Shown: piece after piece, positions 1 through 8,351 of the stretch
Numbering within the stretch: the first letter of the stretch is position 1
Layout: each line of letters begins with the position of its first letter
Source: Bacteroidaceae bacterium
Lineage (GTDB): Bacteria > Bacteroidota > Bacteroidia > Bacteroidales > Bacteroidaceae
DNA: 64,000 nucleotides
Direction: 5' to 3'
Assembly (NCBI GenBank): GCA_017548075.1
Contig: JAFYNL010000034.1
Location: forward strand, 24,191 to 88,190
The notes under the pieces: model-generated
The model's database searches: none
The model's input: the letters and a program-made list of their open reading frames with translations, nothing else
Told to the model about the DNA's origin: nothing
Translations under genes and position numbers: made by a program

Positions 1-193
1 TGCGTTGCAAAAATCGCGTGAATTGGTGCTGAAAATCGGCTGAATTGAGGTGCTGAAATTTGGTGGCGCAGCCGGAATGTCGTAAATTTGCAATGTGAAA
101 GATAAGAGAACGACTGCAGCGTCCTCGGCAAACTTAACAAGTTAAAGTGCGCAATTTAACGAGTTACGATTGCAATCTTCACACGAGAGAAAA
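1..193. repeat. Degenerate tandem ~22-24 bp repeats, same family as the GCAAAC...GTTTGC intergenic arrays
   Basis: Units readable by eye: gcaaaaatcgcgtgaattggt / gctgaaaatcggctgaattgaggt / gctgaaatttggtgg..., then at 128-193 gcaaacttaacaagttaaagtgc / gcaatttaacgagttacgatt / gcaatcttcacacgagag. Confidence 0.55.
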
Positions 194-202
194 GAAACGA
201 CG

Positions 203-264
203 TTAACCTTGACCTTAACCTTAACAAAAAAAAGTTATCGTTAACGTTATCGTCAACGTCAAAA
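203..264. repeat. Two short hexamer tandem blocks (ttaacc/ttgacc x4; gttatc/gttaac/gtcaac x5) separated by an A8 run
   Basis: Direct reading: ttaaccttgaccttaaccttaac aaaaaaaa gttatcgttaacgttatcgtcaacgtcaaaa. Confidence 0.6.
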
Positions 265-289
265 TTTAAAACCTTAAATTTTTAATACC

Positions 290-751
290 ATGATTAACTA
301 CAGCATTATGATTATGGGCACGAAGCCCGGAACAAAGAAGGCTGACATCACCGAGACTAAGGCCTATGGAACCGCTCAGGTTCATGAGGTGCTCGACCTC
401 GACGCTTTCTGTAAGCACATCGCCGACCACAACTCGCCCTTCTCCAAGGGTACCGTGAAGGGCATTCTGACCGACGCCGTCGCTTGTCTTCGCGAGATGA
501 TGCTCGCCGGAAACAAGGTCGTGCTGGGCGACCTCGGCAGCTTCCACGTAGAGCTTGCCACCGAGGGTGCCGACACCACCGACGAGTTCAACGCTCAGAA
601 GATTAAGGAAGTCAACGTTCGCTGGACGCCCGGTCTGGAGTTCAAGAACCTCCGTGCCGAAGCCGAGTTCCAGCTCGTACCTTCCCGTAAGGCTCAGGCC
701 GATGCCATCGAGGTGATTAGGAATGAGGAAACCATTCAAGGGCTTGAGTAA
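290..751 (+). CDS. HU-family (Bacteroidales HU-like) DNA-binding protein
   Basis: 153 aa ORF. The MINYSI... N-terminus and the GSFHVEL...V.V.W.P core are typical of Bacteroidales HU-like histone-like proteins. The antisense ORFs 266..775 and 382..591 are shadow ORFs. Confidence 0.8.
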   Translation: MINYSIMIMGTKPGTKKADITETKAYGTAQVHEVLDLDAFCKHIADHNSPFSKGTVKGILTDAVACLREMMLAGNKVVLGDLGSFHVELATEGADTTDEFNAQKIKEVNVRWTPGLEFKNLRAEAEFQLVPSRKAQADAIEVIRNEETIQGLE

Positions 752-793
752 AGCCCCCTCCCAGCCTCCCCCCATAGGGGAGGAGATGGGAGC

Positions 794-835
794 CGCTAAA
801 CAGTAAACCGTAAACAGTAAACAGTAAACTAACCA
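794..835. repeat. Heptamer block (cgctaaa cagtaaa ccgtaaa cagtaaa cagtaaa ctaacca)
   Basis: 7-nt periodic imperfect tandem repeat read directly. It is the reverse complement of the block at 20285-20319. Confidence 0.8.
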
Positions 836-838
836 GCC

Positions 839-949
839 ATGAAAAAGAACAACATCTGGGAACTCATCCTCAAGGTCATCGTCGCCGCCATAACGGCAGC
901 CTTGACCGCCATCACAACTACAAGTTGTATGGGCAGAGGCCCATTCTAA
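839..949 (+). CDS. 36-aa hydrophobic peptide with a C-terminal SCMG motif (resembles the 'smalltalk' small proteins annotated next to HU-like genes in Bacteroidales)
   Basis: Not in the ORF track because it is under 60 aa. ATG at 839, TAA at 947-949. Translation MKKNNIWELILKVIVAAITAALTAITTTSCMGRGPF. It lies directly downstream of the HU-like gene and is followed by a terminator. The family name is recalled from memory. Confidence 0.5.
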   Translation: MKKNNIWELILKVIVAAITAALTAITTTSCMGRGPF

Positions 950-990
950 GTGAAGAGTGAAGAATCAAGCGCAGGCGGAACTAAAAGGAG

Positions 991-1022
991 AGCCTCGAAT
1001 TAACTTTCGGGGCTTTCTTTTT
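991..1022 (+). terminator. Rho-independent terminator
   Basis: 9-bp stem agcctcgaa / ttcggggct (one U-G pair), 6-nt loop, then ttctttttt. Confidence 0.65.
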
Positions 1023-1053
1023 GTGGTTTTTTTGTAGTTTGAAAAAAATGTTG

Positions 1054-1061
1054 TATCTTTG
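1054..1061 (+). promoter_or_regulatory. Bacteroidetes -7 promoter box TAnnTTTG (tatctttg)
   Basis: Motif lies 28 nt upstream of the ATG at 1090. Confidence 0.5.
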
Positions 1062-1089
1062 CAGCGTGAATGATTAAATTAGCAGTATT

Positions 1090-1332
1090 ATGGCAAATGC
1101 AGCAACAATGCCTACACAGAGGCAGATATTAGTAAATGTTGAGGACGTGTCGATGCTGAAGGATATAAGAAAAGCCATCAGTATGCTAAAAGGTGTGGGA
1201 AAGATAACTGTCCCCCGCCGTCGCAAACTCTACTCGTCATATGAGTTGTCACTCCGCGACCTTGACGAAGGACGAGTGTATAAATACGATAGTCTGGACG
1301 ACCTCATCAAGGAAATAGAGAATGAAGACTAA
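1090..1332 (+). CDS. Putative antitoxin of a type II TA pair (partner of the YafQ-like toxin)
   Basis: 80 aa, acidic C-terminus, overlaps the downstream toxin gene by 11 nt. No confident family assignment from sequence alone. Confidence 0.6.
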   Translation: MANAATMPTQRQILVNVEDVSMLKDIRKAISMLKGVGKITVPRRRKLYSSYELSLRDLDEGRVYKYDSLDDLIKEIENED

Positions 1333-1618
1333 GTACGAGCTGCGCATTACTGGCGAGTGCAAGCAGAACTTGAAGCTTTGCAAGAAACGTGGCTTGCCGA
1401 TGGGCGAACTATGGGCAATCGTTGCGAAATTGCTCAATGGCGAAAAGCTTGATGAGAAATACCAGCCTCATCAGCTTCTCGGAAACCGTAGGGGGCAGTG
1501 GGAGTGCCATATCCAACCCAACTGGTTGCTCATTTGGGAGCAGCATGACCGCGAACTCGTTCTAATCATGGTGAATACCGGCACACATTCCGACCTCTTC
1601 GGAAAGAATAAACGATAA
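1322..1618 (+). CDS. yafQ: Type II toxin-antitoxin system toxin, YafQ family (RelE/ParE superfamily mRNA interferase)
   Basis: 98 aa. HQLLGNRRGQWECHIQPNWLLIW...TGTHSDLFG aligns with E. coli YafQ (H.L.G..KGYRDAHVEPDWILIY...TGTHAALFG). Confidence 0.85.
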   Translation: MKTKYELRITGECKQNLKLCKKRGLPMGELWAIVAKLLNGEKLDEKYQPHQLLGNRRGQWECHIQPNWLLIWEQHDRELVLIMVNTGTHSDLFGKNKR

Positions 1619-1643
1619 CATAGTAGCTTCCTAGCTTCTAGAC

Positions 1644-1674
1644 AGCCTCGAACACGTTTCGGGGCTTTCTTTTT
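1644..1674. terminator. Terminator hairpin, near-identical copy of the one at 991-1022
   Basis: agcctcgaa-cacgt-ttcggggct followed by ttcttttt. It sits between the convergent genes ending at 1618 (+) and 1673 (-). Confidence 0.6.
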
Positions 1675-3223
1675 ATTCCCTTTCGTAAATCTGCATGCGT
1701 TGCTGGGCCGTGACGGGGGCCATGATGTGACGGAGCAAGGGTCGCGGCCAGGTGAGGTTCCAAAGATAACTCAACGGCTGCCAGATGAAACGATAGCGGA
1801 ACAGCTCTTCGTTGTCGTAGATGAGCCGATAGTTGGCCGGCACCGGGGCGTCGTAGTACTCGTGGCAGGTGTTGATGGCGCCAATCTCGCGAACCAGATA
1901 TTTCACCTTTCCGGAGTTGACCAAGGCGGCCTGCTCGGCCTTGATTTCGGGGTCGAGTATGGAGGAGAGGAAGTAGTTCTTGTTGGGCGGCAAGTGGCGG
2001 GTGTGCTGATAAATGCCTGTGTCGTAGCTGCTGAAAGTCAGTACCTCGCTATCCTCGCTCTCGTTCCGGTTGATGATGTCCGCCATCTCGAGCACGCTCG
2101 TGGGGAATGTGCCGTTCACCAAAGTGACGACATTCCAGTTGGTGGCGATGGCGAGAAGGGTGATGAGGACAGCCACGACCCCCACCAAACCTCCCCGAGG
2201 GGAGGCTTTCTGTTTCTCTCCTCTTTGGGGCAACAGGAGGGGCACCAACGCGAAGAAGGGGAAGAGCGTGAGGAAGTAGTAGAACTGGACGGTAAGGGTG
2301 GCGAAGGAGAGGACGAGCATGCCGTAAGTGCCGAAGACGAGGAGCTTCACCTCCTTGCTGACGCGAAGGAAGAAGACGGGAATCATCAGGACTGCCCAAA
2401 TGCCGAGCCTGACGAGCTTGAACCACCAGAAGGCGGGTTCGCCGTTGGTTGCCACGCCGTGATAGTGGAAGATGTTGACCTCGAAGTAGGCATACCAGAG
2501 CGCATCCAGAGTGCCATGGATGGCGAAGTAGGCCAGAACGCCTGCCGTCACTAAGGCGAAGCCCAGCAAAGCCCAAAACACCATCGTCCACAGCGCCTTC
2601 ATCTGCTCGTGCTTCCAAGCGATATAGAGCAGGGCGAGACCTCCTCCCACATAGAAGAACAGAAGGTTGAACTTCATCCAGAAAAGCAGGGCGACGCCGA
2701 TGCCCATCGCAATCGACTGGAGGCGGCTCGGACTTTGTCTGTCCCTGACGAACCTGAGCATCAGATAGAGGCTAAAGGCAAACAGAGGCAGGGCGAACTC
2801 CTCCACGCTGTCGCCATAAGCAAAGAAGTCGGAGGAATAGGTCAGGATGCCGAGGAGAAAGACCCCAAAAACTCCAGATCCTCTCCAAACCTCTCCCTCT
2901 TGGGCGAGGCTTTCTTTTTTTCTCCACATAGAGAGAATTTTCCACGAATAGAGCAGATAGAAGTAGCAGCAAACAATCTCCACAAAGTAGATGCCGATGA
3001 AACTGCTGCGGGAAAGCATGGCCGCCCATTCGTGCAGGAAGAAAAGCACGGGGCCTTTGTGGTCGAAAATATCCACATAAAGCTCCTTGCCGCTCAGCAT
3101 GGCGTTGCCTATCGTCATATAGACGTTCGCATCGTCCCACGGATTGAGCGGATACAAGAACGAGCAAGTGCTGAAGACAGTTATAAGAACTGCCGCGAAA
3201 AGGAACAGGAAGCCGTGTTTCAT
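1673..3223 (-). CDS. Polytopic membrane glycosyltransferase, GT-C fold (ArnT/PMT-like, GT39/GT83 type)
   Basis: 516 aa with many TM helices. The N-terminal WDDANVYMTIGNAMLSGKELYVDIFDHKGP motif is characteristic of ArnT/PMT-like enzymes. Confidence 0.65.
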   Translation of the reverse strand: MKHGFLFLFAAVLITVFSTCSFLYPLNPWDDANVYMTIGNAMLSGKELYVDIFDHKGPVLFFLHEWAAMLSRSSFIGIYFVEIVCCYFYLLYSWKILSMWRKKESLAQEGEVWRGSGVFGVFLLGILTYSSDFFAYGDSVEEFALPLFAFSLYLMLRFVRDRQSPSRLQSIAMGIGVALLFWMKFNLLFFYVGGGLALLYIAWKHEQMKALWTMVFWALLGFALVTAGVLAYFAIHGTLDALWYAYFEVNIFHYHGVATNGEPAFWWFKLVRLGIWAVLMIPVFFLRVSKEVKLLVFGTYGMLVLSFATLTVQFYYFLTLFPFFALVPLLLPQRGEKQKASPRGGLVGVVAVLITLLAIATNWNVVTLVNGTFPTSVLEMADIINRNESEDSEVLTFSSYDTGIYQHTRHLPPNKNYFLSSILDPEIKAEQAALVNSGKVKYLVREIGAINTCHEYYDAPVPANYRLIYDNEELFRYRFIWQPLSYLWNLTWPRPLLRHIMAPVTAQQRMQIYERE

Positions 3224-3245
3224 CGAATTATCGTGTTAGTTGTTG

Positions 3246-3253
3246 CAAAGATA
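3246..3253 (-). promoter_or_regulatory. -7 promoter box (tatctttg on the minus strand)
   Basis: 22 nt upstream of the ATG at 3223 (minus strand). Confidence 0.45.
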
Positions 3254-3262
3254 TGAAATAAT

Positions 3263-3297
3263 TATGGACTATGAACTATGAATTATGAACTTTTTTT
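3263..3297. repeat. Heptamer block (ttatgga ctatgaa ctatgaa ttatgaa ctttttt)
   Basis: Read directly; lies in the divergent intergenic region. Confidence 0.75.
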
Positions 3298-3299
3298 CT

Positions 3300-3307
3300 T
3301 ACCTTTG
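3300..3307 (+). promoter_or_regulatory. -7 promoter box (tacctttg)
   Basis: 8 nt before the ATG at 3316 and 17 nt before the alternative ATG at 3325. Confidence 0.4.
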
Positions 3308-3315
3308 CACAGAAA

Positions 3316-4395
3316 ATGAGAACTATGAGATATAGATTATTGTCTATCGTCTGTTGTCTGTTGACGGTTGTCACAAGCTTTGCTCAGCCTCGCTTTGTGG
3401 CCGATACGGACATCAAGAAGGTGGGCGAAGTGGAGTTCCAGGTGCCGCGGCAGTTCAAACTTGGCTTTACCAACAAGGGCTCGGAGCCTCTCATCATAGA
3501 GGATGTGAAGGCTTCGTGCGGCTGCCTGGAGGTTGCGTTCCCCAAAACACCCATCGCGGCAGGCTCTCGCGGCGAGATAACCCTCACCTACGACGCCAAG
3601 CTCTTGGGCTCGTTCTATAAAGAGGTGGAGGTGATGACAAACGCTTCCGACAAACCCGCATACATCGCCATTCAAGGCACCGTGGTGACCGAAGTGCACG
3701 ACTACAGCGACGAGTTCCCCATCGACCTCGGCAATGTGCGGCTCGTGACGAACACCGTGGAGTTTGAAGACGTGAACATGGGCGACAAGCCGACCGCAGA
3801 ACTGCGCATCCTGAATGCCGACCGTACGGCTTTCCGCCCCGAACTGATGCACTTGCCTCCATATCTCTCGGCAGAATACCTTCCCGAGGACATTCCCGCA
3901 GGCAAGACTGGCACCATCCGACTCACCCTCGATAGCGAGAAACTCAGCGGACTCGGGCTCAACCAGACAAGCGTCTACCTCTCCCGTTACATGGGCGACA
4001 AGATAGGCGAAACAAACGAGATACTCGTCTCGGCCATCCTCTTGCCAAGCTTTGCCGACATGGGCGAAGAAGCACTCGCAATGGCTCCGGAACTGGGCAT
4101 CAGCGAGTCGTCCGTCGACATGGGAGCTTTCAACGGGAAGAAAACCCTCACCCATACTATCCTCCTCACCAACACAGGCAAGAGCGACCTCCACATCCAT
4201 GCAGTTCAGGTCTTCAACAAAGCCATCAGCGTGGACATCGCCAACAGAACGATTCGCCCGGGCAAGACTACGAAGCTGAAGATAACCGTCAGCGCACACT
4301 ACATGGGCAAAAGCAAAGGCCGAATGCGCGTCATGCTCATCACAGACGCTCCCAAACAAGCGAAGCAATACCTCAATATTGAAATAAGAGAATAA
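3316..4395 (+). CDS. DUF1573 domain-containing secreted protein
   Basis: 359 aa. Signal peptide, then FTNKGSEPLIIEDVKASCGCLEVAFPK, the hallmark ASCGC motif of DUF1573. A second similar Ig-like module follows (LLTNTGKSDLHIHAVQV). Confidence 0.8.
   Translation: MRTMRYRLLSIVCCLLTVVTSFAQPRFVADTDIKKVGEVEFQVPRQFKLGFTNKGSEPLIIEDVKASCGCLEVAFPKTPIAAGSRGEITLTYDAKLLGSFYKEVEVMTNASDKPAYIAIQGTVVTEVHDYSDEFPIDLGNVRLVTNTVEFEDVNMGDKPTAELRILNADRTAFRPELMHLPPYLSAEYLPEDIPAGKTGTIRLTLDSEKLSGLGLNQTSVYLSRYMGDKIGETNEILVSAILLPSFADMGEEALAMAPELGISESSVDMGAFNGKKTLTHTILLTNTGKSDLHIHAVQVFNKAISVDIANRTIRPGKTTKLKITVSAHYMGKSKGRMRVMLITDAPKQAKQYLNIEIRE
3340..3374. repeat. Heptamer block (ttgtcta tcgtctg ttgtctg ttgacgg ttgtcac), antisense of the GACAACA family, inside the signal-peptide codons
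   Basis: Read directly; encodes LLSIVCCLLTVVT. Confidence 0.8.
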
Positions 4396-4430
4396 GAAAT
4401 TAAGAAAATAAGAGATTAAGAGATTAAGAA
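4383..4430. repeat. Octamer block (aataagag aataagaa attaagaa aataagag attaagag attaagaa)
   Basis: Read directly; spans the stop codon at 4393-4395. Confidence 0.8.
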
Positions 4431-4481
4431 GATTTCGGCATCTTTTCTTATTTTCTACATTTCACATTATCTACATTCATC

Positions 4482-5579
4482 ATGGAACACCCTGAGAATA
4501 ATCCCGAATATGCAGGCTTGACTGTGAATAGCGGCGTAGGGCCTGTCTCTATCGTCAATCCGCACCTCAACCGCAATCGTTTCGTTCGCCGTCGTCTCTC
4601 TGCCGCCGACTATGTGGAAGGCATCCTGAAGGGCGACATCACGATTCTGGGGCAAGCCGTGACGCTCGTCGAGAGCACCATCCCCGAGCATCAGACCATC
4701 GCTCAGGAAGTCATCGAGAAGTGTCTGCCCTACTCCGGCAACAGCGTTCGCGTAGGCATCAGCGGCGTTCCAGGTGCGGGCAAGAGTACCAGCATAGACG
4801 AGTTCGGCATTCATGTTCTCAAGGAACGAGGTGGACGTCTGGCAGTCCTCGCCATCGACCCCTCAAGCGAAAGAACAAAGGGAAGCATTCTTGGCGACAA
4901 GACGAGAATGGAGAAACTTGCCGTCCACCCCGACTCTTTCATTCGCCCCAGCCCCTCGGCAGGCAGTTTGGGAGGTGTGGCACGCAAGACTCGCGAGACC
5001 ATCATCCTTTGCGAAGCAGCAGGTTTCGACAAGATTTTCGTCGAGACAGTTGGTGTGGGACAATCAGAGACGGCTTGCCACTCGATGGTCGATTTCTTCC
5101 TGCTCATCCAACTTGCAGGCACAGGCGACGAGCTGCAAGGCATCAAGCGCGGCATCATGGAAATGGCCGACGGCATCATCATCAACAAATGCGACGGCAA
5201 CAACGTGGATAAGTGCCAGCTCGCAGCCACGCACTTCCGCAACGCACTCCAGCTCTTCCCGCTTCCCGAAAGCGGTTGGGCTCCGCAAGTCCTCACTTAT
5301 AGCGGTTTCTACGGCTACGGCATCAAGGAGGTCTGGGACATGGTTTACAGCTATATCGACTTTGTGAAGAAGAGCGGCTACTTCGAGTATCGCCGCGCAG
5401 AACAGGCAAAGTACTGGATGTACGAAAGCATCAACGAGCAACTAATGGGTAACTTCTATCACAACCCCACCATCGCAGATATGCTTCAAGCTGCCGAGCA
5501 AGGTGTTCTTCGCGGCGAAAGGACTTCATTCGTCGCCGCCAAGCAACTGCTCGATTCTTACTTTGCACTCCTCCATTAA
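4482..5579 (+). CDS. meaB: Methylmalonyl-CoA mutase-associated GTPase MeaB (ArgK family G3E GTPase)
   Basis: 365 aa. P-loop GISGVPGAGKST, plus ETVGVGQSE and NKCD motifs. Confidence 0.9.
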   Translation: MEHPENNPEYAGLTVNSGVGPVSIVNPHLNRNRFVRRRLSAADYVEGILKGDITILGQAVTLVESTIPEHQTIAQEVIEKCLPYSGNSVRVGISGVPGAGKSTSIDEFGIHVLKERGGRLAVLAIDPSSERTKGSILGDKTRMEKLAVHPDSFIRPSPSAGSLGGVARKTRETIILCEAAGFDKIFVETVGVGQSETACHSMVDFFLLIQLAGTGDELQGIKRGIMEMADGIIINKCDGNNVDKCQLAATHFRNALQLFPLPESGWAPQVLTYSGFYGYGIKEVWDMVYSYIDFVKKSGYFEYRRAEQAKYWMYESINEQLMGNFYHNPTIADMLQAAEQGVLRGERTSFVAAKQLLDSYFALLH

Positions 5580-6398
5580 CCACTTTGGAGTCGAGGTGGC
5601 TCCACAAATGCCTATCGACTCACAACCTTGCAGCCAACGGACCTCGATTTCGTTGGCTGTATCTATCATGTAGGAGCGAGGATTTGCCTTCCGACATTCG
5701 TTGAAGAGGACGCGGCCGTTACTGCTCTTCTTGCCGCAGACGAAGAGGACTGCATCGTGCTTGAGGGCAAAGCTGCGGATGTTGGGCATGCGGTTTGCCA
5801 CTTGTCGGCAAATCGTGTCGTAATAGGTAAAGGTTGCTTCGGGACTGATGTGCTGCTGAACGTAATCCACAATCTTGCGGAACTCGTCGAGCGGCATCGT
5901 CGTCTGGGAATAGAGGCAAATGTCGCGATTGAAGTCGAGTTTCTTCACCTCCTCGGCCGACTCGATAATGATGGCGGTTTCTTCCGTCTGCCCCACCAGT
6001 CCGAGCACCTCAGCATGGCCGTTCTTACCGAAGATGACAATCTGCTTCTTGTGCTCCACATCGGCATCGTATTCCTTCTTGATACGCTCCTGAAGGTGCA
6101 ACACAACAGGGCAAGTGGCATCAATCAGGTTGATGGAATGTTCTCGAGCCAAAGCATAGGTGGAAGGCGGTTCGCCATGAGCACGCAGGAGGACTTTGGC
6201 ATCATGAATGTCGCGCATCTGCTCGTGATTAATCGTCACCAACCCCATCTGGCCAAGACGGTTACACTCCTTGCCGTTGTGAACAATGTCGCCCAGACAA
6301 TAAAGCTGTTCCTCCTTGGCAAGTTCCTCTTCCGCCTTACCGATGGCTCGCGTCACACCAAAGCAGAAGCCCGAACCTTGGTCGATTTCTATCGTCAT
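5526..6398 (-). CDS. ispH: 4-hydroxy-3-methylbut-2-enyl diphosphate reductase
   Basis: 290 aa. GFCFGVTRAI, the HGEPP region, VVGG-type core and TICRQV-type motif are typical of IspH/LytB. Confidence 0.93.
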   Translation of the reverse strand: MTIEIDQGSGFCFGVTRAIGKAEEELAKEEQLYCLGDIVHNGKECNRLGQMGLVTINHEQMRDIHDAKVLLRAHGEPPSTYALAREHSINLIDATCPVVLHLQERIKKEYDADVEHKKQIVIFGKNGHAEVLGLVGQTEETAIIIESAEEVKKLDFNRDICLYSQTTMPLDEFRKIVDYVQQHISPEATFTYYDTICRQVANRMPNIRSFALKHDAVLFVCGKKSSNGRVLFNECRKANPRSYMIDTANEIEVRWLQGCESIGICGATSTPKWLMEECKVRIEQLLGGDE

Positions 6399-6402
6399 GA
6401 GT

Positions 6403-6490
6403 GCAAAAACTTAACGTGGTTAAATCGCAAACTTAACGTGTTACGTTGGCAAACTTAACGTGCTTAGTTGGCAAACTTAACGTGGAGCGT
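6403..6490. repeat. Array of 4 tandem ~22-bp units (gcaaacttaacgtgttacgttg type, reverse orientation on the + strand)
   Basis: gcaaaaacttaacgtggttaaatc / gcaaacttaacgtgttacgttg / gcaaacttaacgtgcttagttg / gcaaacttaacgtggagcgtt. The array almost exactly fills the cmk-ispH intergenic gap. Confidence 0.9.
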
Positions 6491-6491
6491 T

Positions 6492-7184
6492 TTAATCCTC
6501 TCCTGCCACTCTGTAATATTGTTCCAGAAGCCAATTTTTCTGTTCTGGAATCGTCAGATTACTATTGTCGAGCACGATGGCATCTTCAGCCTGTCGAAGC
6601 GGACTGATTTCGCGAGTTGAATCGATGCGGTCACGCTCAATAACGTTGGCCTTTATCTCTTCGAAGTCGCACTTCTCGCCCTTAGCCGTCAGCTCATCGA
6701 AGCGACGCTGAGCACGCACATCCACGCTTGCAGTAACGAAGACCTTCAGTTCGGCATCAGGAAAGACGACGGTTCCGATGTCGCGACCATCCATAATCAC
6801 TCCCTTTGCCTCGCCCATCAAGCGCTGCAAGTCCACCATTGCCTCGCGGACAAAGCCAAGCGTAGCGATAGGGCTGACGTACTTCGAGACCTCCATCGTG
6901 CGGATATCTCGCTCCACGCAAACGCCGTTCAGGTAGGTATCGGGACGCCCCGTCTCCTCGTTCAACTGGAAGGTTATCATGATGTCCGACATACGCTCGC
7001 GAAGTCCTTCCTCATCAATGCCCTCCTCCGAAATCAAGCCATTCTGAAGGGCAAAAAGCGTAACTGCACGATACATCGCGCCCGTATCAATATATATGTA
7101 GCCAATCTCCTTAGCGAGGTCCTTGGCCATCGTACTCTTGCCACAAGAAGAGTGGCCGTCAATTGCTATTGTAATCAGTTTCAT
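6492..7184 (-). CDS. cmk: Cytidylate kinase
   Basis: 230 aa. [14 protein letters not shown]-loop and a [13 protein letters not shown] motif. Confidence 0.93.
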   Translation of the reverse strand: MKLITIAIDGHSSCGKSTMAKDLAKEIGYIYIDTGAMYRAVTLFALQNGLISEEGIDEEGLRERMSDIMITFQLNEETGRPDTYLNGVCVERDIRTMEVSKYVSPIATLGFVREAMVDLQRLMGEAKGVIMDGRDIGTVVFPDAELKVFVTASVDVRAQRRFDELTAKGEKCDFEEIKANVIERDRIDSTREISPLRQAEDAIVLDNSNLTIPEQKNWLLEQYYRVAGED

Positions 7185-8185
7185 TGTTCTTTTTGGAAAT
7201 TATAAGCTATGGTGAAAGCCAGAGTTGGCGCACTAACATGATACTTTGCATAGGCAAGGCCGAACTTCAACCGCTTCAAGTTGACTCCGCCACCAAAGGA
7301 AAGACCTGCGGCATGCGAAGAACCTGCCGCAGTCATCTCATAAGCGCGACGGAAGTTGTAACCCAAGCCAACATAGAACTTACTGTTGATGAGCCACTCC
7401 GCTCCAAGCACAAAGTGGTTGATGAAGATGCTTCCGCCCTTGAGCTTATTGCCGGTAGTGAAGTAGTCGTCCCTACTCCATCGCGTCAAATCGACCATCG
7501 TAACCGAGATGCGGATGGGAGCATGACCAAGCGACTTAGTGAAACCCATCTCGAGGTCGGCAGGCAAGCGGTCGTGCTGATTGCCGAAACTCTTTATTTG
7601 TCCGCCAAGATTACGGGCTGCAAGTGAAAGCGAAAAGTCCGTCTCCTCGTTATAATAGTTTAGTCCCAAGTCTGCCGCCAAAGCACAAGAAGTAAATTCG
7701 CCATAATGCGAATAGATGAACTTGGCCGTAACACCACCAGCCCATCTATCACTCAAAAGATGACTGTACTGACCGCCAACACAGAGGTCGAGAGGCTTGA
7801 ACGTACCCACTTCTTCGCCAGAAAGCAACGTTTCCTTCGTTGAGCCATAACCCACGAACCGAGCTTGAACGCCCCAATTTCCTCGCGCTCCCACCTGCTG
7901 AGAATAAGCAGCCGCACCGGTATTACAACCTTGCATGTAGGTCATGAACGAGAATCCTATCGTCTTATCGCTCACACCAGTCAACAAAGCAGGGTTCTGC
8001 ATTGCAAGCGAGATATCGTCCTCAATCAAGGAGATATTCTTGCCGCCAAGCGCAGTAGAATGCGACGATACAGGCAAGTTCAGGAAATTGAACACACTGC
8101 CGCTCTCCTGTGCTTTAGTCGCAAAAGTCAAACTAAAACATGCCAGAAGAAGCAAGCAACGTCGTATTTTGGTCATTATCTTCAT
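7181..8185 (-). CDS. porQ: Outer-membrane beta-barrel protein, probable type IX secretion component PorQ
   Basis: 334 aa. Signal peptide, an N-terminal [17 protein letters not shown] motif and an aromatic C-terminus. It overlaps cmk by 4 nt. From memory, porQ neighbours cmk/ispH in Porphyromonas. Confidence 0.6.
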   Translation of the reverse strand: MKIMTKIRRCLLLLACFSLTFATKAQESGSVFNFLNLPVSSHSTALGGKNISLIEDDISLAMQNPALLTGVSDKTIGFSFMTYMQGCNTGAAAYSQQVGARGNWGVQARFVGYGSTKETLLSGEEVGTFKPLDLCVGGQYSHLLSDRWAGGVTAKFIYSHYGEFTSCALAADLGLNYYNEETDFSLSLAARNLGGQIKSFGNQHDRLPADLEMGFTKSLGHAPIRISVTMVDLTRWSRDDYFTTGNKLKGGSIFINHFVLGAEWLINSKFYVGLGYNFRRAYEMTAAGSSHAAGLSFGGGVNLKRLKFGLAYAKYHVSAPTLAFTIAYNFQKEQ

Positions 8186-8298
8186 AAATCGACTCCAAAG
8201 GTAAGGCTTTTTATATCAATAACGGACATCATGGGCACAAAATTACATTCAAACGAAAAAAAATGGCTCTTTCGTGCACGTATAATAAAAAAAAGGTA

Positions 8299-8306
8299 TA
8301 AATTTG
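8299..8306 (+). promoter_or_regulatory. -7 promoter box (taaatttg)
   Basis: 45 nt upstream of the ATG at 8352. Confidence 0.4.
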
Positions 8307-8351
8307 TGGCACTAATAATCATTATTGGCAATAATAACAACAAAATACAAC

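Noticed and set aside
3337-4368. 343-aa minus-strand ORF, plus similar long antisense ORFs at 8322-9011, 9080-10081, 27464-28597, 31573-32769, 33254-34165, 38288-39226, 44648-45604, 46088-46903, 46966-47967, 53078-53995, 55840-56427, 56877-57803, 59564-60247 and 60630-61154
   Set aside because: Each lies fully inside a gene on the opposite strand that has strong family motifs. Their translations are low-complexity (rich in R, A, H, V, L) with no recognisable domains. These are typical shadow ORFs of moderately GC-rich coding DNA.
6403-6490. The 22-bp tandem arrays (here and at seven other sites) as CRISPR arrays
   Set aside because: The units are directly abutting with no unique spacers, have only 3-5 copies, decay in sequence, and no cas genes are present. 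They are reported instead as a dispersed repeat family.
8196-8203. A TAnnTTTG-like box (tacctttg on the minus strand) as the porQ promoter
   Set aside because: It lies only 10 nt from the annotated ATG at 8185, which would give an implausibly short leader unless the start is the second ATG. This is too uncertain to list as a feature.
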